A stretch of DNA of 63,923 nt, filler included, from Folioceros fuciformis (taxonomy: Eukaryota), in NCBI GenBank assembly GCA_049999805.1. It is 18 parts of 18 records of this genome, joined end to end, with 100 filler letters (N's around TTAATTAATTAA, not from the genome) between each part and the next. Parts side by side here need not be neighbours in the genome. Positions count along the whole stretch, not along the records: positions 18,395 to 24,192 come from JBNGIO010002368.1; positions 24,293 to 27,798 come from JBNGIO010002370.1; positions 27,899 to 29,340 come from JBNGIO010002371.1; positions 29,441 to 31,462 come from JBNGIO010002372.1; positions 31,563 to 33,739 come from JBNGIO010002373.1; 13 more parts are not named here. One strand, 5' to 3'. The notes under the pieces were generated by a model. It saw only the letters and a list, made by a program, of their open reading frames with translations. It did no database searches and was not told where the DNA came from. Of the stretch, positions 22,202 through 33,739 are shown piece after piece (within the stretch, counting starts at the first letter, position 1; every line of letters starts with the position of its first letter). Position numbers and translations under genes: made by a program.

Positions 22202-24192
22202 TGTGGGGGAAAATATTGCACCCGGGGGTGTTGTGAGGTCCACACAAACCCTCTTCGTAGCATTGGGATTCGATCCCAAGGGAATGAGTTGTGTTAAATA
22301 ACACAGGTTTTCTCACAAAGTCAATTACTACCCAAGGCCAAGCTTACTCGTCTACCACTCGCCTTTCGGCTACCTTGACCTTCTCGCGGTTCGACTACCA
22401 CCGCCGCCCCTCAACTACCTTAAGCCCTGGACTATCCGATGGTCTACTCAACTACTGGGTGGCGGGTCACTCCCACCACCGACTCTTGGCTACTTCGTTG
22501 CCCCTACGACTACTGCTACGCTCGGCTACCTCCATTGCCCATCGACGACGGTTGCCCAACCGGCTTGCTTCCTCAGTGGGGTCCACTCTCTCTCTCTCTC
22601 TCTCTCTCTACTCCCTCTCTCTACTCACCCCACGGCTTACTTTTCTGTCTTATGCCTCCTGATGGTCGAGATCTGTCGCGGATCTCTCTCTCTTACTGGC
22701 GATCACCCTTCCCTCACGGCACACACCTTTCCATCCACTCACGCCTACTCATTGCCCCTCTCAGGGATTGAAGGTGCTCAATTTACACACACACACACAT
22801 ACACGTACATCCATATACATACCCGGCTCTCAATCAGTTAGCCCGCCCTCATCCCCTGCCGTGTTCTGCTCACAACCCCAGGCCAGAGTCCTCACGTCCA
22901 CTCGTGCGTCCCTATGCTTCAGTCATATACTCACCTACAAACTTCTCTTCACCTCACATCATCCCGTCACAGCACACAGTCACATCTAGTTCTCGTCACA
23001 CTCTCGCTATACTCATTCTTTCGTCAGCCGCGACCATACACCCGCGGCGCCCACAATCACCGTTCCGATTTTATGGTTCCTTGGCTCAACTTTTGACTCA
23101 CTGCCAACTCACACATAGTCGCCACAATCGTTCAGTTCCATAGCTTCTTTCCTTCTGTCATTGCTGCACCCGCATTCTGCGCCCACTCGCAGCTCTCATA
23201 GTGGCGACCACCCAAACCTACCCGTTCACTTGTCTCTGTGAGCCAAATCGACACACTCTCAATTCTTAATCCACTCATGGCTCTCAACTTCTCTCACAGA
23301 CACACCCCTTCAGGGCCTTCTCTTCCCTTTGAAGTTTGAAGGAATGTTGGGTCACCGGAGGCTAGGGGAAGGGGTTTCCACTTCCACTCCGAGCTCTCAG
23401 ATTCGGCCTTCGACACTTCCACCACTCCACGCAATCGTCCTGAGGATAGCTGGGGAGCTCGTCTCCCACTCGGCGAGGTTCCCCCTCCCGATTCGTCCTC
23501 GGAGCCTGGTCGCGAAGCATCCACCACCTGCACCCACACCTTTAGAACACTACGTGCGCTCGCTTGCTTGGACCCCCTGTCCAGTAACGGCCATCGCTAG
23601 GCAAGCAAGGTTGGAATGTTGGGTTGGTTCTTGCTCATTTTTCCGAGGCCCTGAACTGGCCTCTTGTACACGGTAGTGGCGGTCTTTCTGCCATAAAGTC
23701 TGTCAGGAGTCAGTCAGCGCTCTTAAATTCTGAGCAGCTTAGGTCCAAGCAAAACAATCTAAAAAAAAATTGGTATAGACTGTAATTACTATCGTCTCTC
23801 TCTAGACCACTGGCACCTTCCTCCTGGTCGTCGCGCTCCTCCCCCTACTGGTCCGCCTCTGGCCCTCCTACCCTGCCGTTGGTCAGGTAGGTCCTCCCAT
23901 AGGACCTCTACTTCACTGCTGCTGCTCCTGGCCCTTGCTGGCGGCGGCACAGGTGGGTCTCATCGCAGGGAATCCCTCTCCTCCCTCCATTGCCGATTGC
24001 TGAGGATGGGGACAAGCTCCCACTCAACTCACTGCTTCGCCTCCTCCTCCGTCAGTTCCTCCAGGACTGCCTCGGAATAGCAATGAGGCAGTCCCCACAC
24101 CCTCCAGCGGTAGTAGTAGGACCCCCTACGGATCCTCAGTTGCAGGCTGTAGCCCCGCGTCCCTCCTAAGCCCATACGCACATATAAAAACA
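22202..24192 (-). mobile_element. LTR family B element: 3' LTR 22202-23538 plus upstream internal region with extra ORF fragment (about 23810-24192)
   Basis: TGTGGG...CCCACA termini, homologous to 29461-30696. The internal region encodes LFLYVRMGLGGTRGY...LPHCYSEAVLEELTEEEA as in 61179-61340. Confidence 0.75.
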
Positions 24193-24292
24193 NNNNNNNN
24201 NNNNNNNNNNNNNNNNNNNNNNNNNNNNNNNNNNNNTTAATTAATTAANNNNNNNNNNNNNNNNNNNNNNNNNNNNNNNNNNNNNNNNNNNN

Positions 24293-24656
24293 TCCCCAGG
24301 CTGTAGGCCGAGTCCCGCGCCTGCCCCGCCAACCTCACCGTGGGAGGCACCGCCTTCCCCTTCCCGTCCTTGTATCTCGCAGCCACATTCCACCAGGACT
24401 TCACGCTGGGCGATTTCGCCCCGCTCAGCCCCACGGAGCGGAAGAAGCCGGCAATGATGGCCTGTTGCCGCGGCGTGAAGGCCCCGTAGAAGAGCACGTA
24501 GGCATTGATGGCGGCCCCGCCCGCCACCAGCACCTCGCCCCCGTGGTACTCCAGCAGCAGCGGCTGCTCCGGCACCAGAGTCTGCGCCGATGGCGCAGGC
24601 AGGCTGAGGCTCACCACCATCGCCAGGAAGCAGAGCACCAACCCGCTGGACGCCAT
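24293..24656 (-). CDS. EXORDIUM/PHI-1 family secreted protein, 5' part
   Basis: Signal peptide, LEYHGG, FYGAFTPRQQAII..F, PSVKSWW, YSLG; runs into the contig edge. Confidence 0.9.
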
Positions 24657-25098
24657 GTGAGGTAATTACCCTCGACAACCTCCCCCGATGCAATCCCACC
24701 AGACGCAACGCAGCTCACCACAATGCGATTTCAGACGCCAGGGAACTCAATGCAGTGCACGACAGAGTGCAGCGAGAAGCACGAGGCGCAGAGAAAGCAA
24801 TTTGAGACACAGGCTCCCAAAATTGAGTCGAATTGAGAGATAGAAGGACGATTGAGATGGATGAAAGGGGCAAGTCCAAGGCCGGGCTTTAAGCCTCCCA
24901 GAGAGCTCAGCGCGGTACGGGAGCGGGAGCTGGTTCACAGCTTGCAACCAGGCTCCAGCTAGCTACAGACCAAAAGATACGAGAATGCGATTCGGGCGGT
25001 TCTACCAGGAAGGGACCTGGTCAGCTGGCGTGACTGGCCAACACCCCCACCCTTCCCCCACCCCACCGGAAACGGGGAAGGAATCTGTTGTGTGGGTT

Positions 25099-25180
25099 GC
25101 AAGTTTAGCGAAGTGGTTTGCAAGCTGTACCGTGTCGGGAATCGAATCGGTCCGCGGTTCGAACCCGACAGGCGTCGTTT
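25099..25180 (+). other. tRNA-like Pol III A-box/B-box unit (tRNA pseudogene or SINE head)
   Basis: A-box TAGCGAAGTGG 25106-25116 and B-box GGTTCGAACCC 25156-25166, but no pairing acceptor stem. Confidence 0.4.
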
Positions 25181-26460
25181 CCACGACGACTCACCGACCG
25201 CGGGAAGCAGCACTTCCGGAATCGGAGCAGGAGGAGGCGTCGTGGCGCGGGCGACGCCGCGACATCCAAGGCCCACACCAGGCGGCACCACCATCTCGGG
25301 TCGCGGTCACATCGAACCGATGGACGCCAGCTTGCGGGCGGGGGGATTTTGCTGGGGCCCTGGGGCCCTGGGGGCCTGGTCCCTGCGCTCTGGGCCCTCC
25401 TCCGGGCGAGTGCATTGCTTTGTATTGCATTGGTTACTCATGGCTGGGAGGTTTGTTTAGAAACGCAGCACAGTATACGGGCGTCCCTGGTGCTTCTCTT
25501 GTCTGGTCACGGAGAACGAGGCACGGGATTCCGGCACGCTCCCAATGCCTGCCTTGTCGCCCCTTGGCTAGTTACGTGGACGCTCCTAAGGCCGTGTACA
25601 TTTGTGCGTGCATGGCAATGGCATCGTGTCGTCTTGGCTTCATCATTTTTGTCCGCTTCGCAAATCCTTGGCTCCTTTGCTGAATGTATGTACCACTGTA
25701 CACCAAACCAAACGCTCCTTTTCGCTCCGGTGGGTGACGGAGATGCAACACCCGTGCCCGTCTTGGTCATGCTGCTGTCTTTTTTGACTGGATATGGAGT
25801 GTGAGGACTAGCATCAATGCACCAATCAAAAACTCAAAAAGTTGAGAATGAATCGAATGTTTGTTACTCGCAAAACTTTATGGATGGAGTACTTTTTTGA
25901 AATGCATGTCTGCCGTGGGTTAAGTGCTAGGGATAAGTTTATGTAAGTTCAATGGATATGTGGTGGATGCATTGTGGGTCTCGTCAATGGATATGTGGTG
26001 CATGCATTGTGGGTCTTGTCATCCTGGACACAAAGCATGGTGTACAACTCTTATCGTCCTCCTCTCCAACGTTCCATTGGACTTTCTCTTGGACAACTAG
26101 GACTTCCCGTTGGGCAAAGCAATTAGTTCTCAAATGATATGCAACAAGGTCATGCATTCTACCAATGCATGTACAAGAAATGGTTGTGGTATGTGCTCAG
26201 TTTCCCGTTTAGGAAATGATGGTTGACAACAGTCTGTTTGTCAGGTACTTTGCAATCGATCTCTTTTAGCAATTCTTTCATGAAGCTGGTGGTGGTGCTG
26301 ACATTGCATAGCCCGGACATTGTGGTGTGAGTAGCGTGTGCTTAACAACTGTAAGTAGACAAACATGCAAAGTAGAGTACAATAAGAAGAAAAAGAGTGT
26401 GCGCTTCAAACGCCTCTTACCTGACATCATCTCCTCCCCCTCCTCCCACAAGTTGTCGAA

Positions 26461-26585
26461 GCAACATGTGCAAGATGTCTTAAGTCTGACACAATACAAT
26501 CAAAGCAACACGTGCAAGATCTCTTAAGTCTGACACAATACAATCAAAGCAACATGTGAAAGATCTCCTAAGTCTGACACAATAC
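26461..26585. repeat. 44-bp tandem repeat, about 2.8 copies
   Basis: GCAACAYGTGCAAGATSTCTTAAGTCTGACACAATACAATCAAA at 26461, 26505, 26549. Confidence 0.9.
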
Positions 26586-28249
26586 TTCTCGTGTTCTTGC
26601 TCTTGCTGCAATCCATCACTTCCACACGGTTGTGTCTTTCTTCAATAAGCTACTTACAAGTACTGCACATATGTGCAGCCAAAGCTAGTGTGTCGTTCCT
26701 CACGTTCAGACAGACAAGCCTTGCATAAGCGTGTGTGTGCTACAAGTCTCAGTGGCCTGACAGGGTCAATCACATGTGCTCATATTGCATGCAATGCCTT
26801 ACATTCTGCAATTCTGAAAGTACACGCAGCAAAGCTAGCATGTTCCTCAAGAAGAGCTAATCTTCACTGTCCCTTCAGTTACAATCCATCACACTAATAC
26901 CAAGATCCATCACACTAATACCAAGATGTAAGCCCTTTACCCTATGTACAAACTGAATCTCTTGGCATCTTGTGAACTTTTCTTCACACAGTTGATCAGC
27001 ACAACCAGCCGTGGCTGCATACATTTATGAGTATGGGTATCGTATGGTTGTGAGAAGGGTGTTGAAAGAATGATAACATGGCCCGTTCTCTTGTGCACAG
27101 ACCGAAGCCGAGCTTGTAGTGGTAAGGACGACATCCGAACCAAGCACCAGAATAAGTGTCGCGACATATGCCCGAGCAAGTTAAAAGCGGCTCCTGGGAT
27201 GCTTCCAGGGCTTGGCCTGCAGCACGCAAGTGCGAAGGGAAGGAAATAACTTTAAGGAAATAAAGGAAGGAAGGAATCTGACGAAATGTTGGCCGTAGCT
27301 GGAATTTGATGTAGACATACATACTGGCATACATACAGATGATGATACAGTAGTATGTACAGTACAGTACCTAATATCGTTCGTGCGTGGAATGTACAGG
27401 AGGATATCTTAGCGGATCCGCATGGGCCCGAGAGTCCGTGAGCGTGACGACGCGTGGGGTGATAAAGCCAGTGGCGGGACCCAGGTGCGGGCCCCGCGAG
27501 GCCAGTGCATGAAGGTTACGCCAGCTGGGTGGGTGACGTGGACGGGGTAACGCCTCGCCCCGCCCCGCCCCGCGTCGCATGCTTCCCTTGCAAGGCCTTG
27601 GGCTTTGCTTTTTTACCGTTACAAGGGAAGGGAAAGGAAGCGTGGAAGCCAGGGTTGTGGGAAGTGAAGTGGGCGCCCGGCTGGCATCACCAGCCTGGCG
27701 CGGGCCTGGCAACTGGCACTCACTGGACGAGCCAGCCCCACCAACTCGCCACCTACTCTCATCATGAGCGCTGGGCTGTACAGTAAGCAGGCCAGGCCNN
27801 NNNNNNNNNNNNNNNNNNNNNNNNNNNNNNNNNNNNNNNNNNTTAATTAATTAANNNNNNNNNNNNNNNNNNNNNNNNNNNNNNNNNNNNNNNNNNNNAA
27901 GTATAATAATAAATTGAGAAATCAAGCTTCCTCACATCGAAACCAAAGACCCAAAATACCAAGAAAAAACTAGAGTATTTTAGATCCTTTAACCACTTGA
28001 ATTCATAGATCATTGATATTAACACAAAAATAGATAAGCAGCAAATTGGAATTTTATATTTACAAAGAACATCTATAATTCAACATAAGAGAATTTCTGC
28101 AATTGATGATAAAAGAGCTGCTTTAATTACTAATTCAATTTTTGCAGCCAATCTTAAGAAATCAGATATGGGTTCTTCCTTAATTCACAAGGACTCATAT
28201 GTTCTAAATCTCAACTTTTTATTTAAAGATGACCAGGTAGGTTAGCCGT

Positions 28250-29340
28250 CTAAGTTCAGAAAATATATCGATCCTCAAAATGTCTTCTCCACATTTATTA
28301 AAAGAAAAACCGGTTTTGATATATGGCGGTTTAGAATCTCTTGTATTCTGAAAGAGTGCCATCTAATGGCAATTGTAAATGGTACAGAACCAAAACGAGC
28401 AATAGGAAGTAATAGACTTTCTACCCCAGGGGGAACTGTAAATAAATTTACTACAAAGGATGTTACAAATTGGGGAACTAAGGATATGCAAGTATTGGTG
28501 TCTGGTCTTTCCCTTGATATGATAAACCATATTAGCTTAGCTAAGACCTCTAAAGAAGCTATTCAATTATTATTCGATACATATGAGTGCATGGATATGA
28601 TGTCTGAGGTTGCAACCGAACAGGCCCTTCATAGTCTAAAAATGCGAGAAGGTGATTCAATAGAAAATCATCTAATAAAATTTTGAAACCTTTGAGCCAA
28701 TCTAGCAGGTGTGGGGACTACCATAACCGAGCATAAAGCTTCTATAATATTACTTGCTTCATTACCAACCAACTATATTCAATTCTGCTCTGGACTACAA
28801 TAATCTATTACTCTAATGCATGCCATAGCAACAGCTGCTCAATCCTCTAATCTCATTGTCCAATGTGTAATAGCTGCTCACCTACAATATGAACAAACCA
28901 AAAAGTCAGCACGTTCGTCATCAAGCTCTAGACCAACATCACGAGCTATGTATGCTAACCAAGGCTTCTCAAGGGGAGGGAAACACACATGTGGACGAGG
29001 TCGAGGAGGCAGGTTCAAATTAGCCTTCGAGAAAGCCAGGTATATGCAGTTATGGTAAGAAACCTAGGCACTAGGCTAAAGACTGTAGAAAGCGAAAATT
29101 TGATGAGGACAATGGCAAACAAAAATCAGAGGCTAATGTAGCAAGGAGTTCCACACCCAGTCTACTTGCAGTGTCTCTAACATCTTCTACTTCAAATAGA
29201 TTTAGTTGGTTGTGGGACAGCGGGGCATCAAACCATATGTGTTCAAAAAAATTAGTCTTTCAAGATTATGTATCATCTCCACTTGGAAGAAAAGTTTTCC
29301 TTGGTGACGACATAGCAACAGACATTGTTTGATCTAGCAC
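28250..29340 (+). mobile_element. Degenerate copia gag/protease
   Basis: FDIWRFRI..IL, LKMREGDSIENHLIKF, decayed Zn knuckle, WLWDSGASNHMC. Confidence 0.8.
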
Positions 29341-29460
29341 NNNNNNNNNNNNNNNNNNNNNNNNNNNNNNNNNNNNNNNNNNNNTTAATTAATTAANNNN
29401 NNNNNNNNNNNNNNNNNNNNNNNNNNNNNNNNNNNNNNNNCGCACGTAGCAACCTAGGGG

Positions 29461-30696
29461 TGTGGGTACAGGTGGTGGACGCTCCGCGATCGAGCCAAGG
29501 GACGAATCAGGAGGTGGAACCTCGCCGAGTGGGAGACGAGCTCCCCAGCTATCCCAAGGGCGATCACGTGGAGTGGTGAGGACGTCGGGGCCGAATCCAC
29601 GAGTTCGGAGTGGAAGTGGGTATCCCTTCCCTTAGCCCCGGTGTTTCAGCATTCCTTAATTCTATACGAGAAGGCCCGGAGAGGCAGGGTTGAGTATGGA
29701 GTCGAGAAAATGTGGACAAGCAATGAAGCGGGATCAAGAGAGGCAGTGAGTGTGAGTGCAAGACGTTGAACGGTCGTCAGGACAAGACCACGCGACTGGA
29801 GTGTGTATGTGAGAGGTGAAGAGTGGTGGCAAAAACACGAGATGGCTGCATGGTGGAAGCTGTCGAGATCCCTGTGAGGGTGAAAGAGACTGGAGACTAT
29901 AATAAAAAAAAAAAAAGGAAATGTTGGGGGCGTCGTGGGGAGGCGCTGCGAACCAAGGGCGTGTGCCGGAAGTGTGAGAGAAAGAGGAACCATGAAAGAG
30001 GAGTAGCCGAGTTGGAAAGATCGAACGCCGACAAGACCCTGGCGCGTGTGTAGCTGAAAGGCAATCAAGAGCAAAATGACTTGAGGTCGGGCTTGGGAGT
30101 TACATGAATAGATTGGGAACTGTACTGCCAGAAGGCCCTCGCGACTCCCTGAGGACCGATGTGTGTATGACGGACGCTGGTGCGTCTCGGTCGAGGCGCT
30201 GGAGGGTTTACGAGTAAGGGCGGAGATCTGTGGGTACGTAGGTGAGCGCGACTGTAGGTAAGTTGCTGGTGGTTTGAAAGGCAAAGACTGGTAAAGTAAG
30301 TATTAGAGGGTAACCCCGAGGTAGAGGAGAGAAGGAGCGACTTAGAGAGAGAAAGAGAAGGAGAGAGAAAGTGGGACCCACCACGGAGGTAGCCGAAGTG
30401 GCTACCGGTAGTTGAGCCCCTACCTTGGTAGTTGAAGGGTCGGTAGTTGTAGAGACCCCCACCCCAGTAGCCGAGTAGGTCTGTCAGGTAGTCCAGGGAC
30501 GGATGTAGGGGTAGTTGAACCTGTAGGTAGTGGAGCTGGGGTAGTTGAAGTCCAACCTAGGTAGTAACTGACTTTTAGAAGAAACCTGTGTTATTTGACA
30601 CAAATCATTCCCTTGGGATCGAATCCCAGTGCTATAACGACAAAGAGGGTTTGTGTGGACCTCGTAGCACCCCCGGGTGCAATATTTTCCCCCACA
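29461..30696 (+). repeat. Complete LTR, family B (1236 bp)
   Basis: TGTGGG...CCCACA, preceded by AGGGG, homologous to 22202-23538. Confidence 0.8.
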
Positions 30697-31019
30697 CCTG
30701 CTAACACAATTCCAGTAGGATCACCAGTTGCAATTGAAAAGTGGAAGAAAGGGATTAAGATAGCCTTTGCCATCTTGCTATCAGGACTTGACGAAGTCAT
30801 AATGACAGAAGTGGATTCCCTCGAAACTGCCGCTAAGGTGTGGACACAACTCACACAAACATACCAAGTTAAGAATATACTTACCTTGGTTGCTACTACG
30901 AACAACTTTTATAATATGAGGTTGAAGGAAGGGGACTCAGTTGGAGCACACGTCACTCGGATGCGCACCCTACAGACCCAGCTGGTCGTGCTAGGGTGCA
31001 AGATGACCGAGTTGGACGT
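30697..31019 (+). mobile_element. Copia gag fragment between two LTR insertions
   Basis: AILLSGLDE...VWTQLTQTYQV...FYNMRLKEGDSVGAHV. Confidence 0.85.
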
Positions 31020-31462
31020 TGTGAACCTCCAAAGTTTGGGGTAGTATTTTGTTTTGGTTGAAAAAGGGTTAATAGTGGTATGGTTTGGTTTTCTTTTTCT
31101 ACTTATTTTCCCTAATTTTCCTTGATTTTTTGGTCATTTTTCCTATTTGTCTTTGTGCTAATTAGGTTAATTGACCAGGAAATAATTGGTTTGGTTATAA
31201 GAGTGGGTATAGGTTTGGTCCCAGACCTAGGAAAGTTTAGGTCCGGTTCCGGGCCATAGGGTTATTAAAGCCCAATGTGCTTAGACTAATGTAATTAGTC
31301 TAATTAAACTAATGTGATTAGTTTAATTAGACGAATGTGATTAGTTTAATTAGGCTAATGTAATTAGTTTAATTAGGCTAATGTAATTAGTCTAAGATTA
31401 GTGTCTAATTAATTATCATTAGTTTAGATTAGCTTAAGCTAATTTTTAGGAAGCTTCCTGCA
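31020..31462. repeat. LTR family A terminus (also at 33558, 49550, 63474; likely opposite end 31563-31728)
   Basis: Four near-identical copies start TGTGAACCTCCAAAGTTTGG. GTTCACA at 31722-31728 is the matching inverted terminus. Confidence 0.8.
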
Positions 31463-32147
31463 NNNNNNNNNNNNNNNNNNNNNNNNNNNNNNNNNNNNNN
31501 NNNNNNTTAATTAATTAANNNNNNNNNNNNNNNNNNNNNNNNNNNNNNNNNNNNNNNNNNNNGATCTCCCGTACTCCCCAAACCCCGAAGCCCAAGGTGG
31601 ACTTTGGGTGTAAACACCCCGGTCTTACTCGCTTACTAAGCCGATTCGCCTGTCCCTTCACAAAAGAATCACAACCTGCTCATTCCGTCGCTCAAAATGG
31701 GGGTTCCGAAAGTTTTTTTTCGTTCACAACTGGTGACATTGACAGATCTTACCTGAAGAAATGATTCTGAGCGTGAGATGTATAGACCACGTCAGGATTT
31801 CTTCCGGCTAGATTCCAGACGTTCGACTAGCAGCTCGAGATTCCAACTGTGGTGAAGAGTCACAGGCTATCGAGGGGAAAGGCACACGTGGATGTGCCTG
31901 CTCTGCTTCTGTCCAGGTCTCGTGACATTTCATATCCTACCTGTCAACCATTTTTAGGGTTAGTTCATTTAAACAATGTGTTTTGAACTCTTATCCCTAA
32001 TGGGATACCGTTTCAATAGGGGGGGGGGGGGTTTGTGTCTTACTTACTTATTAAGCACTTTAGCACCTCTTCACCTCAGTTGGTGCCTCCCCCTATCACA
32101 TCCGCCTGTTTCCCCTTGCTGCTCAAAACATCACAGACTCTCTAACA

Positions 32148-33557
32148 ATGTTGACGCACCATCCTCCCCCTCCTCCACCAGTGCCTGGATCTTTTACACC
32201 TATCTTCACGTCAGAGTTAAAAGAAAAAGACAGGTTTACGGGACAAAAATATGAGCTATGGAAGGTGAGGATGAAGTCCACTCTGCTTGCTAGAAATGTC
32301 TGGGAATATGCTGATGGTTCTATTCCAGAACCAGCATCTACAGCAACCAAAGGAGAGAAGGATCATTGGGCACATGCTAACAGCGTATGCATGGCCCTCC
32401 TTATTGCTGGTCTTTCTGAAGACCTCCTCCCCGACGTAGAATTCCTCACCAAGGCAAGTCAAATATGGCAACACCTTGCTGATACTTATCAAGTGTGCAA
32501 TGTCATGACGTTATGTGCACTTCGCTTAGAATTCTATGGACTGAAACTGAAAGAAGGGGATAAGGTACTTACACATTGCAACAAGTTTCGTCACTTGAGA
32601 GCTCAACTTGCTGCTGTAGGCACCAAAATGGATGAGATTGATGCAATGGCTCGATTGCTTACGAGCCTCCCTCCCAGCTACCAGAATTTTGTATCTTCAT
32701 ATAATGTTCCCATTAGAACAGCAAATGTTGCTGTTGCTGCTGGACAGGCCTCTCCACTCACCCTTGATGGGGTGATGGGCGCGTTATACCAGGAAGAGCA
32801 AAGCAGGCTCATGTCAGGGTCTGGATCCAAGTCCAAAGCTGACCGAGTGTTTTCTGCTTTCCGTGGTAAACCATTCCAGAGGGGCAGGCCAAGACATGTG
32901 ATAGGTACACATCCTCCTCGCCATGAGACTTGCCATGAGACTCGCCATGAGGCCGGTCCGTCAACTATTAAGCGTCAGGGCACCTGTAACTGGTGTGGTA
33001 TCCCTGGACACTGGGCGAAGGAATGCCGTAAGAAGAGAGCTGGTGAACCTCCGAAGGCTCCCATAACTGCATCAACTGCCACTGTTAGAGAAAAACTTTC
33101 CAGTGCAAGTTCTTCAAAGCCAGTGGTAAAAATACTGACTGTTTGTCTTACCTCATCGACACATGACACATCTTCTTGGTTCTTGGATTTTGGAGCCACA
33201 GCACACATTTGTCATGATGAGACCCAATTCACTAGTCTGCAGCTCACATCAAACGTGGAGTGTGTTTACCTGGGTGATGAACACATTGACACGAGTTTAC
33301 AGATCCTTGGTCAAGGTTGCTGTAAATTCAGACTGAATGACAAGACTGTCCTTACATTATCTGATGTCCTCTATGTGCCTCGTATGGCCAAAAACTTGTT
33401 ATCTTTGAGCAAGTTGATGAAGACCCAGTATTTTCTTCTCCAAGTTTCAGATACCTCCTGTTGCTTCTATCGGAACTGTGCTCCGTCTCTACGTGTGTTT
33501 CGAGCACATCCTGAACAGGACTTGTATCGCCTGGACATCAAATGCATCCTCAGTTCT
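32148..33557 (+). CDS. Copia gag-protease, open frame truncated by family A insertion
   Basis: KEKDRFTG, CNWCGIPGHWAKECRK, WFLDFGAT, MAKNLLS. Confidence 0.9.
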
Positions 33558-33739
33558 TGTGAACCTCCAAAGTTTGGGGTAGTAGTTTGTTTTGGTTGAA
33601 AAAGGGTTAATAGTGGTATGGTTTGGTGTTCTTTTTCAACTTATTTTCCCTAATTTTCCTTGATTTTCTGGTCATTTTTCCTATTTTTCTTTGTGCTAAT
33701 TGGGTTAATTGACCAGGAAATAGTGGGTTTGGTTGTAAG
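33558..33739. repeat. LTR family A terminus
   Basis: Matches 31020 onward. Confidence 0.85.

Noticed and set aside
24959-25804. Overlapping 110-230-aa ORFs
   Set aside because: GC-rich intergenic DNA open in several frames, with no recognisable motif.
26461-26585. CRISPR-like repeat
   Set aside because: Head-to-tail 44-bp units without unique spacers; eukaryotic context and no cas genes.
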